64,000 nucleotides of DNA from Gnetum montanum (lineage: Eukaryota > Plantae > Gnetophyta). The stretch spans positions 304,712 to 368,711 of the forward strand of contig MNCI01002706.1 in the NCBI GenBank assembly GCA_015680685.1. Reading direction: 5' to 3'. This document shows positions 12,545-26,300 of this stretch, in pieces (position 1 is the stretch's first letter; every line of letters begins with the position of its first letter). The notes beneath the pieces were generated by a model. It saw only the letters and a list, made by a program, of their open reading frames with translations, did no database searches and was not told where the DNA came from. The position numbers were made by a program, and so were the translations under genes.

Positions 12545-13722
12545 TGTAATACTTACTTGTAACAAATAAAGTTTTGCAAAAACATTTGAGCACAACTCTA
12601 CAAATCTACTTCTAATTTTCCCCAGAGAACGATATAGTTCCACAAGAAAACTAGAAATAGAGTGAGATTCAATGGAAATAGAAAGAAGAGAAAAAGCAAG
12701 CAAATTTATGTAAAGATCTCAAGTGTTTAAACAAGGTAAAATGATACGAGTAGACACTTCACAATAAAGCTATCCCAAATTCAATAACTACGAATTGTTC
12801 AAACTTCCAAGGCTCAAATAAGTAATTTCTTCAAGACAATCCTACTATGCTACCCAAAAAATTTGTGCATAAACTATCACATACTAGACTCTATTTTAGC
12901 TAGATAATGGATGTCAACAATTGCATTCAATAGAACCTTCAAAAGACTTACAATTTATGATTGAAATACCACGAAGATTCACTTTAAAAGATAAAAGAAG
13001 CTATTCTGGTCCTATCAAAATACCAAAGATTTTCTAAACCCTCTTGACTATTGAATCGTTCAACAGCTTGACTGCATGCAGAGGCTCTCTTACAACAATC
13101 TTAATAGCAGTTCTTATACATTGCACAATAATAAAATTCACTACTAAAATTCTCTTAAGACTTTCAAACATAAGCTCTTCTATGGAAAAATTTTAATAGA
13201 AATTTTCTATCATGCAACAAGAACAATAAGAGCAATCTAAAAATCCCAAAATTACTTGCTAAGCATGATACTATCTAAACCACTAGCTAAAAAATTTAAA
13301 TAGAATAAAAAAAATAAGCATAACTCACAGGACTATGACAAAGAGGCTAAAATGTTGTCTTTAACAAGTCATCTTACAAGCAATCTTTCACAATGTCTTC
13401 TTTACAAATGCTCTTCCCCCTTTTCTTCAAGACCCTTGAAGACTTTTTATAGGGTCTCATAGATAGTTAGATATTATAAAATATCTTGGGTAACTTCTTT
13501 CCCAAGTAAGGAAGTTATAACTTGCCCAACAAGTTAGGAAGTTATAACTTATACATGAAGTTAGGAGAAAATCATGCTAACATTGGCATGTGTCTTTACA
13601 AAATTTACAAATATTTCTTTCATAAGAAGTCACAACCTATATAATAATTTTAGGAAATAAAGCCAAGATCTCTATCTTGTTTAATCCATTTAACCTTAGT
13701 CCAAGGTCAAGTTTCTCAAACA
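12545..13722 (-). mobile_element. Probable solo or partial LTR (unclassified)
   Basis: Minus strand starts TG at 13722 (tgtttgagaaac). TATA-like CCTATAAAAAG at about 13443-13453, preceded by AAGTTATAACTT palindromes. Left boundary uncertain. Confidence 0.4.
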
Positions 13723-14072
13723 CCATGATGGCCATTGCAATAAGCGCTCCATAAAATTTTCATTTTTTTTTGTTGCATGTGAGAAAATATGCTAAAATTA
13801 TTTTTAGCCACCAAACCATATGAAATTGAAACTTTATTTTGTTACTTCAATTTCATGTGTTCAGGTTTTGTACTTGCTTTCAGCAATGATGATTTTCTTC
13901 ATAATAAGCCATAACCCCGATTCATCGGCTAAATAATCTCCCGGTTCCACTGATTTATTTGTGCACCTGTCTTGCTGTGTCTTCGTGTCTCTGTAGCCGC
14001 ACTTGATGGATTGGTAATGACGATGACGAACGCATTGGAGTTGGGCGTTGCTGTGTTTGCAATTTTTGTTTG

Positions 14073-14360
14073 TGCTAGAAATGGCTATTGCCAATGAAAT
14101 GGGCATCAGACACAATCCTTTTCCCTGTAGGTACTGTATTGCCAATCCCATGTCTTCTTCCATCAGCTTGGCTACCTGCTTCTCAGTCAATGATAGACCA
14201 TCAGAGCATGAGTTCTAGCTACCGTTGCCTCTGGCATTTGCCGCCTCAGAAGGCATATCAACCACAAGTGAAGCTACTACTCCTACATCCCCCAGTCTAC
14301 TCATGCTTAAAACCTTAACTTGAAGTTGCAAAAACTTCACGTATAATGTGATTTCATATG
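14073..14360 (-). pseudogene. Fragment of LRL/UNE12-type (subfamily XI) bHLH transcription factor, intronless
   Basis: EITLYVKFLQLQVKVLSMSRLG...[43 protein letters not shown] matches bHLH helix 2 plus the LRL domain; frameshifted, basic region absent. Confidence 0.88.
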
Positions 14361-14624
14361 AAAAGTGCTCAACACAAAGCGTTTTCTTTAAGAAAAACTC
14401 GATGATTTATGTTCACCATCAATACCGTGTTGGCTGAGAATCTGATTTTTCTGCATTTCTTATGAAATTATTGAGAGAAAAAGATGCTTGATTAGGAAAG
14501 GTTGTACAGTTTTAATTCAAAGCATGTGCAGAGTCAGGTCAAGAAAATCATTGAACACACTCCTCCTGAGGTTAGTTCTCATCAATTTTCCTTTAAAAAA
14601 ATGATGATTTGGGTTTGCAAAGGG

Positions 14625-14893
14625 CAGCGGTATCAGCAATAGCCACAGCACAAATTTCAAAGAGAAATATGCAATCATGGTCAACTGTGACAAAAAGAGA
14701 GCCCCAAGAATCTTGGAATTCATGTGAGGCCACATCCTCCCATTACTTTCATAATTTGGCATGCACACATTCATTCATTTTTTTTGGACAGAGTAACAGA
14801 GAGCAATGGTGATGATAAGCATATCGGTAGGAACCTTGGTGGCATGCGACAACCTAGATGACTTCCATGCCTCACGAATGTCCTCCTCTGTCA
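14625..14893 (-). pseudogene. Fragment of OSCA/ERD4 (CSC1-like, RSN1_7TM) channel
   Basis: TEEDIREAWKSSRLSHATKVPTDMLIITIALCYSV then, after an internal deletion, VCMPNYESNGRMWPHMNSKILGALFLSQLTMIAYFSLK..LLLIPLP. Confidence 0.85.
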
Positions 14894-15199
14894 AATTGCC
14901 AATGGTAGCTCAACAAAACCCTCAACCACCATGAATTCTAGGACACCGAAATGACATCTGATGGCATCATCAACAGCTAAGGGCACAGTCATCTCGAACA
15001 ACATGGGACCCCTATCAAGGGTGTGCTGCCCGTCAAGCACGTCGAGGGCCAAGGGCGGTAGCTTTATTTTGTCGCCAGAAGCCTCGAATGGCAGGGCTTG
15101 TAAAACATAATTGAATTTAACACCATCACCAGCAGCCAGATCCTGATGCTCCCACTCCTCCTCTTGCTCTTGTTGTTGTGCAACTTCGAGACGACGGAG
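14891..15199 (-). pseudogene. Fragment of UFD1-domain protein (At4g15420-like)
   Basis: Open frame not in the ORF track: LRRLEVAQ...AAGDGVKFNYVLQALPFEASGDKIKLPPLALDVLDGQHTLDRGPMLFEM...CHFGVLEFMVVEGFVELP, containing the GDKIKLPP and H.GVLEF motifs. Confidence 0.85.
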
Positions 15200-16249
15200 G
15201 TGTTGTAGATTTTTATTTTTATTTTCTTATTTTTTTGCAAGGTAAGAATGGCCATCGAGAATTGGAATTCCAGACACTAGATCAGAGCCAAATATAAAAC
15301 TGAGCCTAATAACAGTGCCCATGAACTACCTGGGACTAATAGTTTAATCAGTGATGACATCCTTCACATTTTGATTGCTCAATCTCATACTCCTCCACCT
15401 CTTCAGGGATAAATCATAAGGCATCGATGTTGCATCAGCTCCATTCATGACTTTGCATCAACTCTGTCAATGTAATGAGGGAAAAAATGCCCTACTGTAG
15501 GAACCGACGTACTGTGTATAGATAGGAAATATACATGATGATTCTGCCAGCCTGTCGTCGGTTAGTATTGCGGAGTTTGGTTGCAAATGGGAGGATTTCA
15601 CGGCGTGGAGGAAAAGAGGAGTGTTGTTCTTTGTTTCTAATTCAATTTCACTGTTGCATTCATAGCTCTACAAATTTTTTTATCCTTTTTGCAAAAAACA
15701 ATGGTGGTTTTCTATTGAAGCTTACAGAAGCACAGGTCTTTTCAACTCATCATGAAAAAGAAAGCTTGCTTTACAGTAATACTCTAAATCATCTAATCCT
15801 GTTCCATGAAATGGCCAAAATGTGCCAATAGGAAGAAACTCAGCTGTGGAGGTAGCTTTCTCCAATGGACTTCAAGCTTTAGCAAAAAACTCCTTGTGCC
15901 TCTAAGTACATACCTATACATCGTGAATCCACTTCTTTTATATTTTTTATATAAATTTGGTTTTTCATGTTATGCAAATTTTTGGTTTCCATTTCATTTC
16001 TACATTTATTTTTATAATTGTAATTTATTCGCATTTCTGTTCAGCCAAATCAATCTACATTTTTTTTTCATCTATGTTCCTATTGCCATTTTTGTTTTAC
16101 GTTTTCCAAGTCCTTGGGTGATCAACAAGACTGTCTAGGCTATCGTGAATCCTATTTTCTGGAGGCCCTTGGGATTTGGGATTAAGACTATTTTGGTACT
16201 TAAATCTTTTAATTTTCCCATTTTAGCAACTAAGATTTTTGGCACCAAC

Positions 16250-19200
16250 ACCTTGGTAATGTTAATTGTTGCTTTCACCCAAGTTCCTAATCATTTGTTA
16301 TCTAGGTTGATAATCTTCATCCTTGACTACATTCAAACTTAGAAAATTTTATCTTGATGCCATGGTATTGTGCTTTTGTGGGGATGTGGAATCATTAGCA
16401 TAGCTAAGGGGATCAATGAAAGGTTTTTGATAAAGCTAAATTCAAGGAGCCTTCTATGCATATATGTATGGATGAAGGAAAACCAAATTAGGATCATAAC
16501 TTTTGGATGTTTGATGACAAGTTTTCTTGGTTAAATTTATACCAATGTTTAAACTATAGAAAATGAAGGCTAGATGACACTAGATGTGATTGGTGTAATC
16601 TTACACTTGGAAGGGAGGCTTGAAGATCGATCCCTATTACATGGACAAGTAGTGATGATAGGATGTAGTAGTGGAACTCTCATGTGGTGTAGGATGTGTT
16701 CATGTGCTCCATGAGCTAATTGGATGGTTGGATAGAAATGTAGTAATGCTGCACACTTTTTCTTTTTCTCTCATGCATTATTAATTCTCCATATCTTCCA
16801 TTCCATTCTTGTCCATGGTTGTATGTGGTAGGAGTTTGATTAAGAAAACCAAATGATGAGATCTAGTCATCCAAGGAGATGAACTTGTATTTAATGGTAA
16901 TGTCTCACTAGTTGTTGAGAATCCATGAGGGTCTCATCAATTGATTTCATAAGGGTAAAAAAGGTAAGTACTTGCTCTGAGAAGAACTCACTTGTAAAGC
17001 CTTGGTGGGTTAGCATCATATGTAGTTACTTCAAGCTTATCTCCCGGTTAGGGTTGCATTGAATATGACACTCGATTGGTCTTCCACTTATGTAAGTATT
17101 AACTCTTTATGCTTCAAGGTGTGACCATGATAAACTCTATTGATTCACATTACGTATTCCTATGATTCATTATTTTCGATGCTACAATCATTCTCTTGTT
17201 ATTCTAACCCCTCTATTCTACTTTAGGGTTCATGGTATCACATAAATTAATGAATCGATTTCTTCCAATGATCAATGATGTCATTCAAGGTAAGTTTGTA
17301 ATGCTCTTCTTGTTTTACTTCTTGTACATCTTGTATGATTAATTCTAGATTATTCTTTTATGATACAGGCTTTGTACAGTACTCTTATAGTTACAGGTGG
17401 TAAGTGGAAGGTAGGATGGGTAGAGTTATGAATTTTTCCCTTATGGGAATTATGCACTGATGAATTATTACATTAGCACAAGGGTGGTTTTGCCCTTATG
17501 CCTAGGCACTCCCTCAATGTTGATGATCCTATATATAGTTTTGATAGGATGGGAAGGAGGGTCCAAATAATCTATAGCACTTTGTCATTTTTCTTTTTTG
17601 TTCTTCCCTTGCTCCAGTTAATATAAAACAAGTGAAATGCTGTCAGATTTTTTTACCTTGCAAATGGATTGGTAAAATTTTTTCATGTATTCTTCTTAGC
17701 TCCTCCTATCCTTCGTGTTCTACCTATGGTTCAAGCTTGGTATTTGTAAATTATTTATTAGGGAGAGGCATCACTTTGGTAGATATTTAAATATTAACAC
17801 CTTATTCATACTTGCCCATGCACATCCTAATATAATAGTTATGATGATGTTTTCCCAATTATTTACCAAGGGTTGTATTTATCATTATTCTCGTGTGCAA
17901 TTTTTGCACTGTTGGTATGATTCCTAGGGAAAACTCACTTAATTTTTAGAATATTTCATAGGTAATCATGTTGTAGTGCTTGTAATCCAAGCTCTCTCAA
18001 CCAAGGAGGGCTAAGGTTTAACAACCTTAAACCTTTATTTGTAGACCTTTTCGAGAACCTTCAATTCCTAAGGAGGAAGAAGGGAAAGAACTTAGATCCC
18101 TAAATCCTATCCTAGAGCTTGTAGGTCCTTCTCCAAAAAGGCCTCTACCAAGAAGCATATTAGGAGTTAGGTAGTCATGTTCTCAATTCTTTGGTTAAGC
18201 ATGTTTGTAATAGTAGGCAACCAAACAAGTTCTAGAGAAGCTAGGAAAGATGATAAAGAGAATGTATATGACATCCAAGAGGTTTTGGGCACTCATGATT
18301 TTTTTTCTAGTGACATATCCATGAAGAGAAAAATGATCATTAGTTCCTTGAGCTTGGCCCTCTTGAGCTTAAGAAGTCAATATATCAAATAGACTTCTAT
18401 GACTACATCACTTAAACCTTCACATGGTACGACTATAAAGGAGAGGAAATCTGCCAAAAACTTGCTACCAATGATGCAATGTCCTTCATTGGTGGAGTTC
18501 CTATGCTTATTTCTACATGGAAAATCTAATAGAATAGAGGATTTTCAAATGAAATAGTAAGCAATTGGTGTCCATGGACCAAAAGGACTAAGTGTAAGCT
18601 TAGGTTGAGGTTCATGTTGGAGGTCTTTGATATGATTAAGCTGAGGTAAAGATGTTGAAACTTCCTCTAGTTGAAAAGGATATGTGCAAAATCATCACTC
18701 ATAACTTTATGTCCATAAAATGATCATTAGGTATCTCTACTTGTGGAGCTATGATTGTGACTATGATGAGGGGAAAGTCTACCATAAATATCCCATATTT
18801 TCTCTACAAGGACTTGATCTAGAAAATTGAACATGTGGCCAAAGATAACAATAAGGTCTATGCCTTTCTAGGATTAACCCAATAACTTTACAAGCTGGTA
18901 GGCATAGTCAACCATATGGGAAGACATTCCATAATAACAAGAATGGTGGATTGGGAGAACATAATAATGGTTGCTCCAAGGCAAAATCCTAAGGTCATTG
19001 TAGTTGTACTTAAATTAGAGGATAAGATTCCTTTCATAGAGATATCACATATATGACCTTCAAACTAGCTCCACTAATGCCATTTGAGAGCACTAACCAC
19101 ACCTCAAGGATCTTAACAAATGTAGGTGCAATAATCTAGTAGATCTGTTTCTCGGCCTCTCAACTTCACCATTAAGCAAAGTTAGGAATCTCTTTCTAGT

Positions 19201-19560
19201 GGTACTTGTTAGACTGTAATACACATCTAAGCTAAGGGGAAGACTATGATAATCTATATTGAAGGATCACAAGACCTTGACAGTAATTTCCTACAAATGA
19301 TGGAAGTCATTATGGATGCTAAGGTAATAAACAAGGATCTTTTCTAGTTCCTCCTCCATTATTGAATGATCCATCTATGGCTCATTTTGATGTTCCTATT
19401 TAATGTCACACTCATGTGTCTTTATGAATTTTTTTCTCTTCACATTGATCAAGGCATACCATGCATAAAATCTAGCATGTAGATAAAGTCCTTCAAGTAC
19501 CCACTAATCAACCTAGAACTAGTGACTTGGTGAACAAGGAGCAAAGAATTGAACCTAGTG
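16250..19560 (-). mobile_element. Highly degraded Ty3/gypsy (Athila-like) gag/protease/pol remnants
   Basis: Protease-like IILGCAW at about 17810-17835, RNase H-end-like WIL...DITIKYK at about 16885-16930, gag-like pieces at about 19100-19500; many stops. Confidence 0.45.
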
Positions 19561-19719
19561 CTAAGTTGATATTAAGAAACATCGATAGTATAGTAGAGAC
19601 TAAACTTGTCAAGGTATAGTTTAAGTTAGAAACTATCAATATTAATAGGGCATTCTATCTGTAGGAGTTGCGAAGAAGTCAAGAAAAGATACAACTATTG
19701 CATGAACAATTCTAACATC

Positions 19720-22313
19720 TCACACTATTGGTATTAGAAATACATGTCCTAAATCTGTGATCTCCTTCTTGAAAAGATTACACTTCTTCAAATTAATCAC
19801 AAAATGTACCTCCTTTAATTTAAGACACACTCTCCTTAAGCAATCCAAATACTCCTCCTTATTAGGGTTGTATACTAAAATGTCATCAAAGAAGACAATG
19901 CAACACTTACCGATGAAGTCATTGAGAACATAATGTATCAATATCATGAACATAGTAGGTGCATTTATGAGCAGATATAGCATCACCAACCACTCAAATA
20001 ATTCATCTAATGTTTTGAAAGCTATCTTCCATTCATCACTAGGCCTTATCTAAATTTAATGATATCCACTCTTTAAATCAAGTTTGCTAAAAACATCTAC
20101 ATTAGTGAGGACATTAAGGATATCATACATTAGAATAGAAAATCTATACCTCACTATTATCATGTTCACTAACCTCAAATCAATGTACATTATCTATTCA
20201 TCACTATCCTTCTTTCGCACAAGTACTATTAGAACTATACAAGGTGAAATGGATTTCCTTGCAAAGCCATTTGCAAGTTGCTCCTCTACTTACCTTTGCA
20301 ATTCAGTCAATTGATTTAGTGCCATTTGGTATGCTCTCTTATTTGGAATGGTAGCACCAAGGATGAGGTCAATTTAGTATTTTACACTCCTCATTGCTGG
20401 CAATCCATCCAATTCTCCTTTGAACATCTTGGAAAATTAATCCTTCAAGCCTAGCATATTTATTACAAGTTCTACTTGCATAACATCATGATCAAAATGA
20501 ATAATTGATACAATCAAAATGCCAAAATCAACCTCATCATGTTTTTAAATATGTTACCCTCTTCCCTAGAAGAATTAAGAAATATTTAATTCAAATTTTC
20601 TTTCTCACTTGTTTAGCTATCATAGGAATTAGCTCATGGACTTAATTACATCTACCTACACCCCACACATTTCTTACTTCATCAAATTGAGCACCATTGT
20701 GAAACTTTCTAAATTATGGGAGTATTAGAATTACCTTTCTACATAACCTAATTGGATGTCTCCTTTGCTTCCATGGTTTGCACATCCTTGTCCTTGGTTG
20801 CCTTGTGAAGTGGATCTTCTGATAGCTTATATCCTCAATCCTCACATTTAAATCATTGAATATTATATGATTTGTGACCTTGACCCTTGACTTCTATGCC
20901 TTTTCAATTCTTTTCTTCATCCTTCTTATTATCCTTGTTTGGCTTCTTATCATGGTTGGCATCATTGTCATTAGATTTAGACTTGAATTCCTTCTTTAAT
21001 TTAGATCCTTTAAGACTTCCAAAAAAGATTGAAGCTTGTTCATAATTCTTCTAGTTTACCTTAGCTTGATGGAATAGTTTACAAAATTCAATATAAAACT
21101 CATTGACATCTTTATCATCCTATTTAAGAAATTTTAACTTCATGATCATCTATTTCCTATGTTGAGACTATTCAAATTCTAATCTATATTTCATCAAATT
21201 CTAATCTTTGATAGGTTGATCATTTTGGCTCTCATAATCTTGGAATTCCTTTTTTCCACCAAGTAGAAGCAATTCCTTCTAATATGAATTTAGGAATTAG
21301 TATCCTTAATTGATTTGGTGCCTCTTTCAACTCAGATTGCTTATCCAGTATCTGTAGCCAATTTTCAAATGCATTGGTGCCACCTAAATCATTGAAGGTT
21401 TTAAATTCCACATGTAGAAGTCTACCAACAGCTCTAAATGCTAAAGCAATCCTTGCTTCATCTTCATCATCAAACCATAAGAAAAAGTATGCCGATGATG
21501 AAAATCTTAGGACTCTAACATAAATGTTTGGATTTCCTCCTACTAGAATCCTAGGCTAATGGGTTCACATACTTCCATAGCTAAAATGTTATTCCTTCTC
21601 ATCTGATCTTCCTCCACCAAGCTAAGAAACTTCTTCATCACCATTCAAAGATAAATGCTCATCATTGCTACAATTCTAAATATGTCTTGGACCTACATTC
21701 CTATCTACCTTGATATTGATTTCATTAAATTGTGCAAGCATCAATTGAAAGATAGAGTTCATTCTCTTCATATATCTATTTAGGGCTTGAACCTATTTCT
21801 TCTTAAGTATCATATAAAATTTACAAATATTGATAATGAAATTCCAAACAATAATCAACCTAATGCTTTGATACCAATCACTGAAGCAAAGTCACTTTGT
21901 TTTACTTTAACTCTACAAACACACAATGAATCCAAAATGTAAAAAGATAATTTAATTGTTAGAAAATAAGAAAACTAGCTAATTTTAATTAATTCAAATA
22001 AGATTACAATTTATTGGTATTACAATCCATAAATACATGAATCACTCACACACTCAATGATATTGTAAGGCATGAGGCTTTACAATCACATCATAATTGT
22101 TCTTAATGCAAGGCACAACTAAACTAGATCTCTCCCATAGACACATCACTAAGATTCAACACAACACACACACTACGAGCTATAATGATCAAACACACAT
22201 AACTATACATTGAGATATATACACACATGTAATCTCTCTAAACCTAACTTTCATGTGCTCAACTTGTCATCTTAACCAATCTCATGAAGAAACATAAAAA
22301 CACATAATAATGT
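19720..22313 (-). mobile_element. CRM/chromovirus-like Ty3/gypsy remnant (RT, gag, tRNA-iMet PBS, 5' LTR interrupted by Athila-like insertion)
   Basis: RT NAPTMFM..VLNDFIGKCCIVFFDDILVY..INLKKC (19720-19989) with upstream KVDLKSGYH*I..DEWKIAFKT. PBS TGGTATCAAAGC at 21865-21876; LTR from 21882. Confidence 0.8.
21865..21876 (-). promoter_or_regulatory. Primer binding site, tRNA-iMet type (TGGTATCAAAGC)
   Basis: One mismatch to canonical TGGTATCAGAGC, 5 nt from the LTR end. Confidence 0.8.
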
Positions 22314-23164
22314 TGATGAAGCATCATGATTTACATCAATGGGATTTCATTGACACAAGGTTTGACTTGTTGATGTGTACCTGTTGATAGGGCACCCTAT
22401 TTCTACCTATAAATGTGTGCTATCCACTACATTTATGACCTTCTTTTCATTAGTTGTAGTGAACCTCTAGCAATTTTTCTTACTAAAAGTTAGAATATTT
22501 TCTAAGTGCCCATAGTAGGAGTCAAAGAGTGTACGAATCTTTATTTCAGCATTATTGTACCTAAGCACTGTAGTATGTGTGGCAATAAAGATGAGCTTTC
22601 TGATAAACCTTATAGCACTTGGATTAGATTAATTATTTTCTTTATGAATTTAATATTTTAAGCAATTCTCTTTAATGTTTTAAGTAATTAAGTAATTAAT
22701 TAAGCTAAATTAAATAGCGCTTAATTAAAACACATAAGTATGACCACTTCAAACATACTTGTAACACTTGCTAATTCCAATAATACTTAACATTTGGTAA
22801 TCCAATAGCATTATACGTGTTTAGGATGTGTATGCCAAGTGGGAACAAATGCTTATGTTAGGATTAGTTAAGTGTTAGCTAGCTGATTAGATTAGTTTAG
22901 TAATTAATTACCTTTATTTTTTATTCTTTATTCTTAGGTGACTTAGAACATAAAAAATTAAAAATGATAAAAATCATATGCCCCAGTTATACTTAACCAT
23001 ACCCTTGTACTCACAAGTGTAACTAGGAAGACAATGATTGCAACAATTAATTCACCTCCTAGATCAATGTATGTTAAAACTTAGAAGTCCTTGGAATTCA
23101 ACTAGATCATGCGTAACACTTGTGATTTGTATCATTGGGTGTAGGATCTACTTGCTGCTCATCA
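22314..23164 (+). repeat. 5' LTR of element A
   Basis: TGATG..CATCA termini, TATA (ctataaat) at about 22408, collinear with 32923-33769. Confidence 0.9.
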
Positions 23165-23322
23165 TTGGTGTCATTGCTAAGGATTTTTAGTTAGTGATGT
23201 GTGTTATCTAGTACTTAGTGAATATTATTTAAAATCATTGGAATGAACCCTAAAGTGGAAATCATTCAAATTATTATTATTATTATTATTTAAGCACACT
23301 ATTATTTTTCTTCTAAGTAAAA

Positions 23323-26300
23323 ATGTCTTCTTCTTACAGGCATGATGATTCAAAACTACTAGTGCCCCAAGAATTCAAAGTGATGTATACTCATCTAGAT
23401 GAGTTTGTGCTTGATTTTACCTTCATCTTACACTAGGATGAACAACTACAGTGGAGAGACATGGAAGGCAACATTGTGTTGCTACTTGATTGATCTGTTC
23501 CTAGGATGCTACTCCAAACTCTTAAGAGTTTGGACATCCAGGATCTTCACAAGGAATACATTGTGTTGGACCATGATTATTGGGACTACCATCCCATTAA
23601 AACACAATGCAAAAGAGGTTAGCACTGGGAGAAGCACCATGAAGCTATGAAGGGGAAATAGTTCACTAACCCCTTGTTCTTACTAAAACAGAAAGGCAAT
23701 GAGGATCCTCCCTCTAGGAGTTTTCAACTGAAGATTCTCCACCCCTTGACTCCATTGAAAGGGGCTTAAACCTGAACTTAAAATCCGCTATCAACAATCT
23801 TGGTTCAAGAAAAAGTAGAAGTCAAGGTAGGGGCTCAGGTAAGCATCATGATGATGATAAAACTAATGATCATGATCATAACAAGTAGAGAGGAGGTGGT
23901 AGACACTATGGTGGTGGCAATCCTCCTCCCTCTTCATCCTCTTCATTTGTGTCTTCGTCTTCCTCCTTTGAATTTAATTGAAATTGCAAAGGAAAAAACC
24001 ATGATGGAGGTGAACAACAAGACAACAATGATTATAGGCCCCACCATGAACGAAGGGGTACCAGAGGACATCATAGACATCATTGAAATCATGATGATGA
24101 TGAACCTTTACTTGTAACTCAAAGCATGCTAAACATCGTAGAGGTAATTAGAATTCCAACCAAGCATGTGAAAAATAGAAAAATTATGAGGTTGGATATG
24201 AACAATATTCCTATATTTGAGAGGGGATATAACTTAGATCCATAGACTCATGTTCAAGATTTTCATGATGCCTATGCCTTGTAGAACATTGAAAATTATT
24301 GGTAGAAACTTAAGCTATTTCCCAAGATACTCATAAAAGAATTTGAAAGTTGATACCGCTCCTTGGAGTTGGAATCAATTTGAAGATGGAGTGCAATGCT
24401 TGGGTTGTTTAATGACAAATATCAAATGTACCCTCAAGTGTCCAACCTAAGAAAGCAGATCCAAGGTTGGTCACAAAAAATGCATAAACCCTTGGGCATA
24501 GCCATGGGCATCTACTATTCTCTTTTGCACTAATTTCATGGCCATGGTTATTCTTAGCAAGAGCAACTTCACCACATCATAGATGGGCTCTAATTAAAAA
24601 CATGGAGAACTCTTGGGGTCTTTGCCCAAGTGAGATTGTTAGAAATTAGAACCCATGAAATTCAAAGGTTGATTGAGTAGGTTGCAAAAGAAGGAGAATT
24701 GAGAAAATGGGAAAGTGTCGAGGAACATAACTAGGATCCTTCAATTAGAAAAAGGAAGGCCTAATTCTATAATAGTGAGGGGGAGCCACTACTTGATGAA
24801 ATGGTGTAGCAAAACATCTTACCAATTCAAAAATATATTTTCAAAATTTTGTCCAAGGTGAACAAAATGTGGAAAACTTTGAATGAAAAATTTCAAACTA
24901 CTCTAAAAATTATAGAAGAATCCAAAGAGTAAAGTAGTGATCATGATTGTAGGAGAAGGAAGGAAGTTGAACATGCCTATCAAAAGGGTAAGAGTAAGGC
25001 TACTATACTAGAAGAGGTTGTGGAGTCGAAATCCAATGATGATGGTGGGTGTGACATCTACCAATATGAACATTCTAAGGGATGTTGCCCTATTTTATCA
25101 CACTTGCAGGAATATAGGATATAAACTTTGAATCCTAGGCTAGCAAGAAGGTAAGCACCCAAAAGATTACTTTATCCTCAAGGTAATCCCAAACAATTCC
25201 ACCAACAACAACAAGTTTACTATCTAAGTGAACCTCCACCACAATCATATGAGTAGTATCATCAATGGCAACATCCATAATCATGGGGGAAGCCACCGTA
25301 GAGGTATTAGTACCCTTACAAGTAGCCAAATCCATATGGATACTATGTTCAACAATCCATGTCTCTACATGACTCTTCTAGTCATGCTTCTTTTCAACAT
25401 CACTACTACCCTCCAAAGTACTACATAGATCATTCTCCATCTCTTAGAGGGGAATCCCCATTTCATCAATATCCTCCACATCCTTCAACACATGTCCCTC
25501 CTCCCTCAACCTAATTACCATCTATTCGATTCATGCAGGATGAAATTCCTGCATAGTTATAACAATGTAATGCTACTAGGGTTGTTAACTTATAGCTAAC
25601 TCCATAGCTAAGTGGTTCATAAACCATATCCCATAAACAACCATTCTTCCAAGCCAATAGCCCTATAAAGCCCTCATTGACTCATGCAACTAGTTACCTT
25701 GTGTTTTCTTTATTCTTTGCATCTATTTCTTCCAAGAACCCTTTAAATCAAACACCTTCCAAGATCTGCATAGTCATGCTAACCCACATTGTATCCGATT
25801 GGATCAAAACTAGCAACCTTTCTAGGAAAAGAGTTGATCCTAGAAGTTTTCTTATCTACTTGTAGATCACTAGGAATGAGCCATGTAAGGCTCTTCTTGA
25901 TTCATGTTCTAGTGTTAATCTAATTTCTCATGAAATGTACAAAGACAAAAACTTGCCTCCTATCAAGAAGAGAACTATTTATTTGGAATTGGCAAATTAG
26001 TCCATCACTATTCCCTTGGGATTAGTGGACAACATTGTAACCACTATTTGTGGGTGGTCCTATCCTACTAATTTCCTAGTGATCAAGGTTGACAACTACA
26101 AGGAAAGCTTCCTAATCATTATGGGAAGGGCTTGGTTGAGCACTGTTGATGTGTAAATGGGCATCAGAGATCTTTCCCTAAAAATTTCCAAAGAAAATGC
26201 TTTTAGAAAGATCAAGAAGAAGAGAGTTCCATCATTGCATATAATAAAATAGGGTGCAAGTATGTGCAAAAACTATGGTCTATCAAAAGCACATTAATCA

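Noticed and set aside
13861-14190. ORF as an intact bHLH gene
   Set aside because: Lacks the basic region and helix 1, is frameshifted upstream, and loses similarity after the LRL domain.
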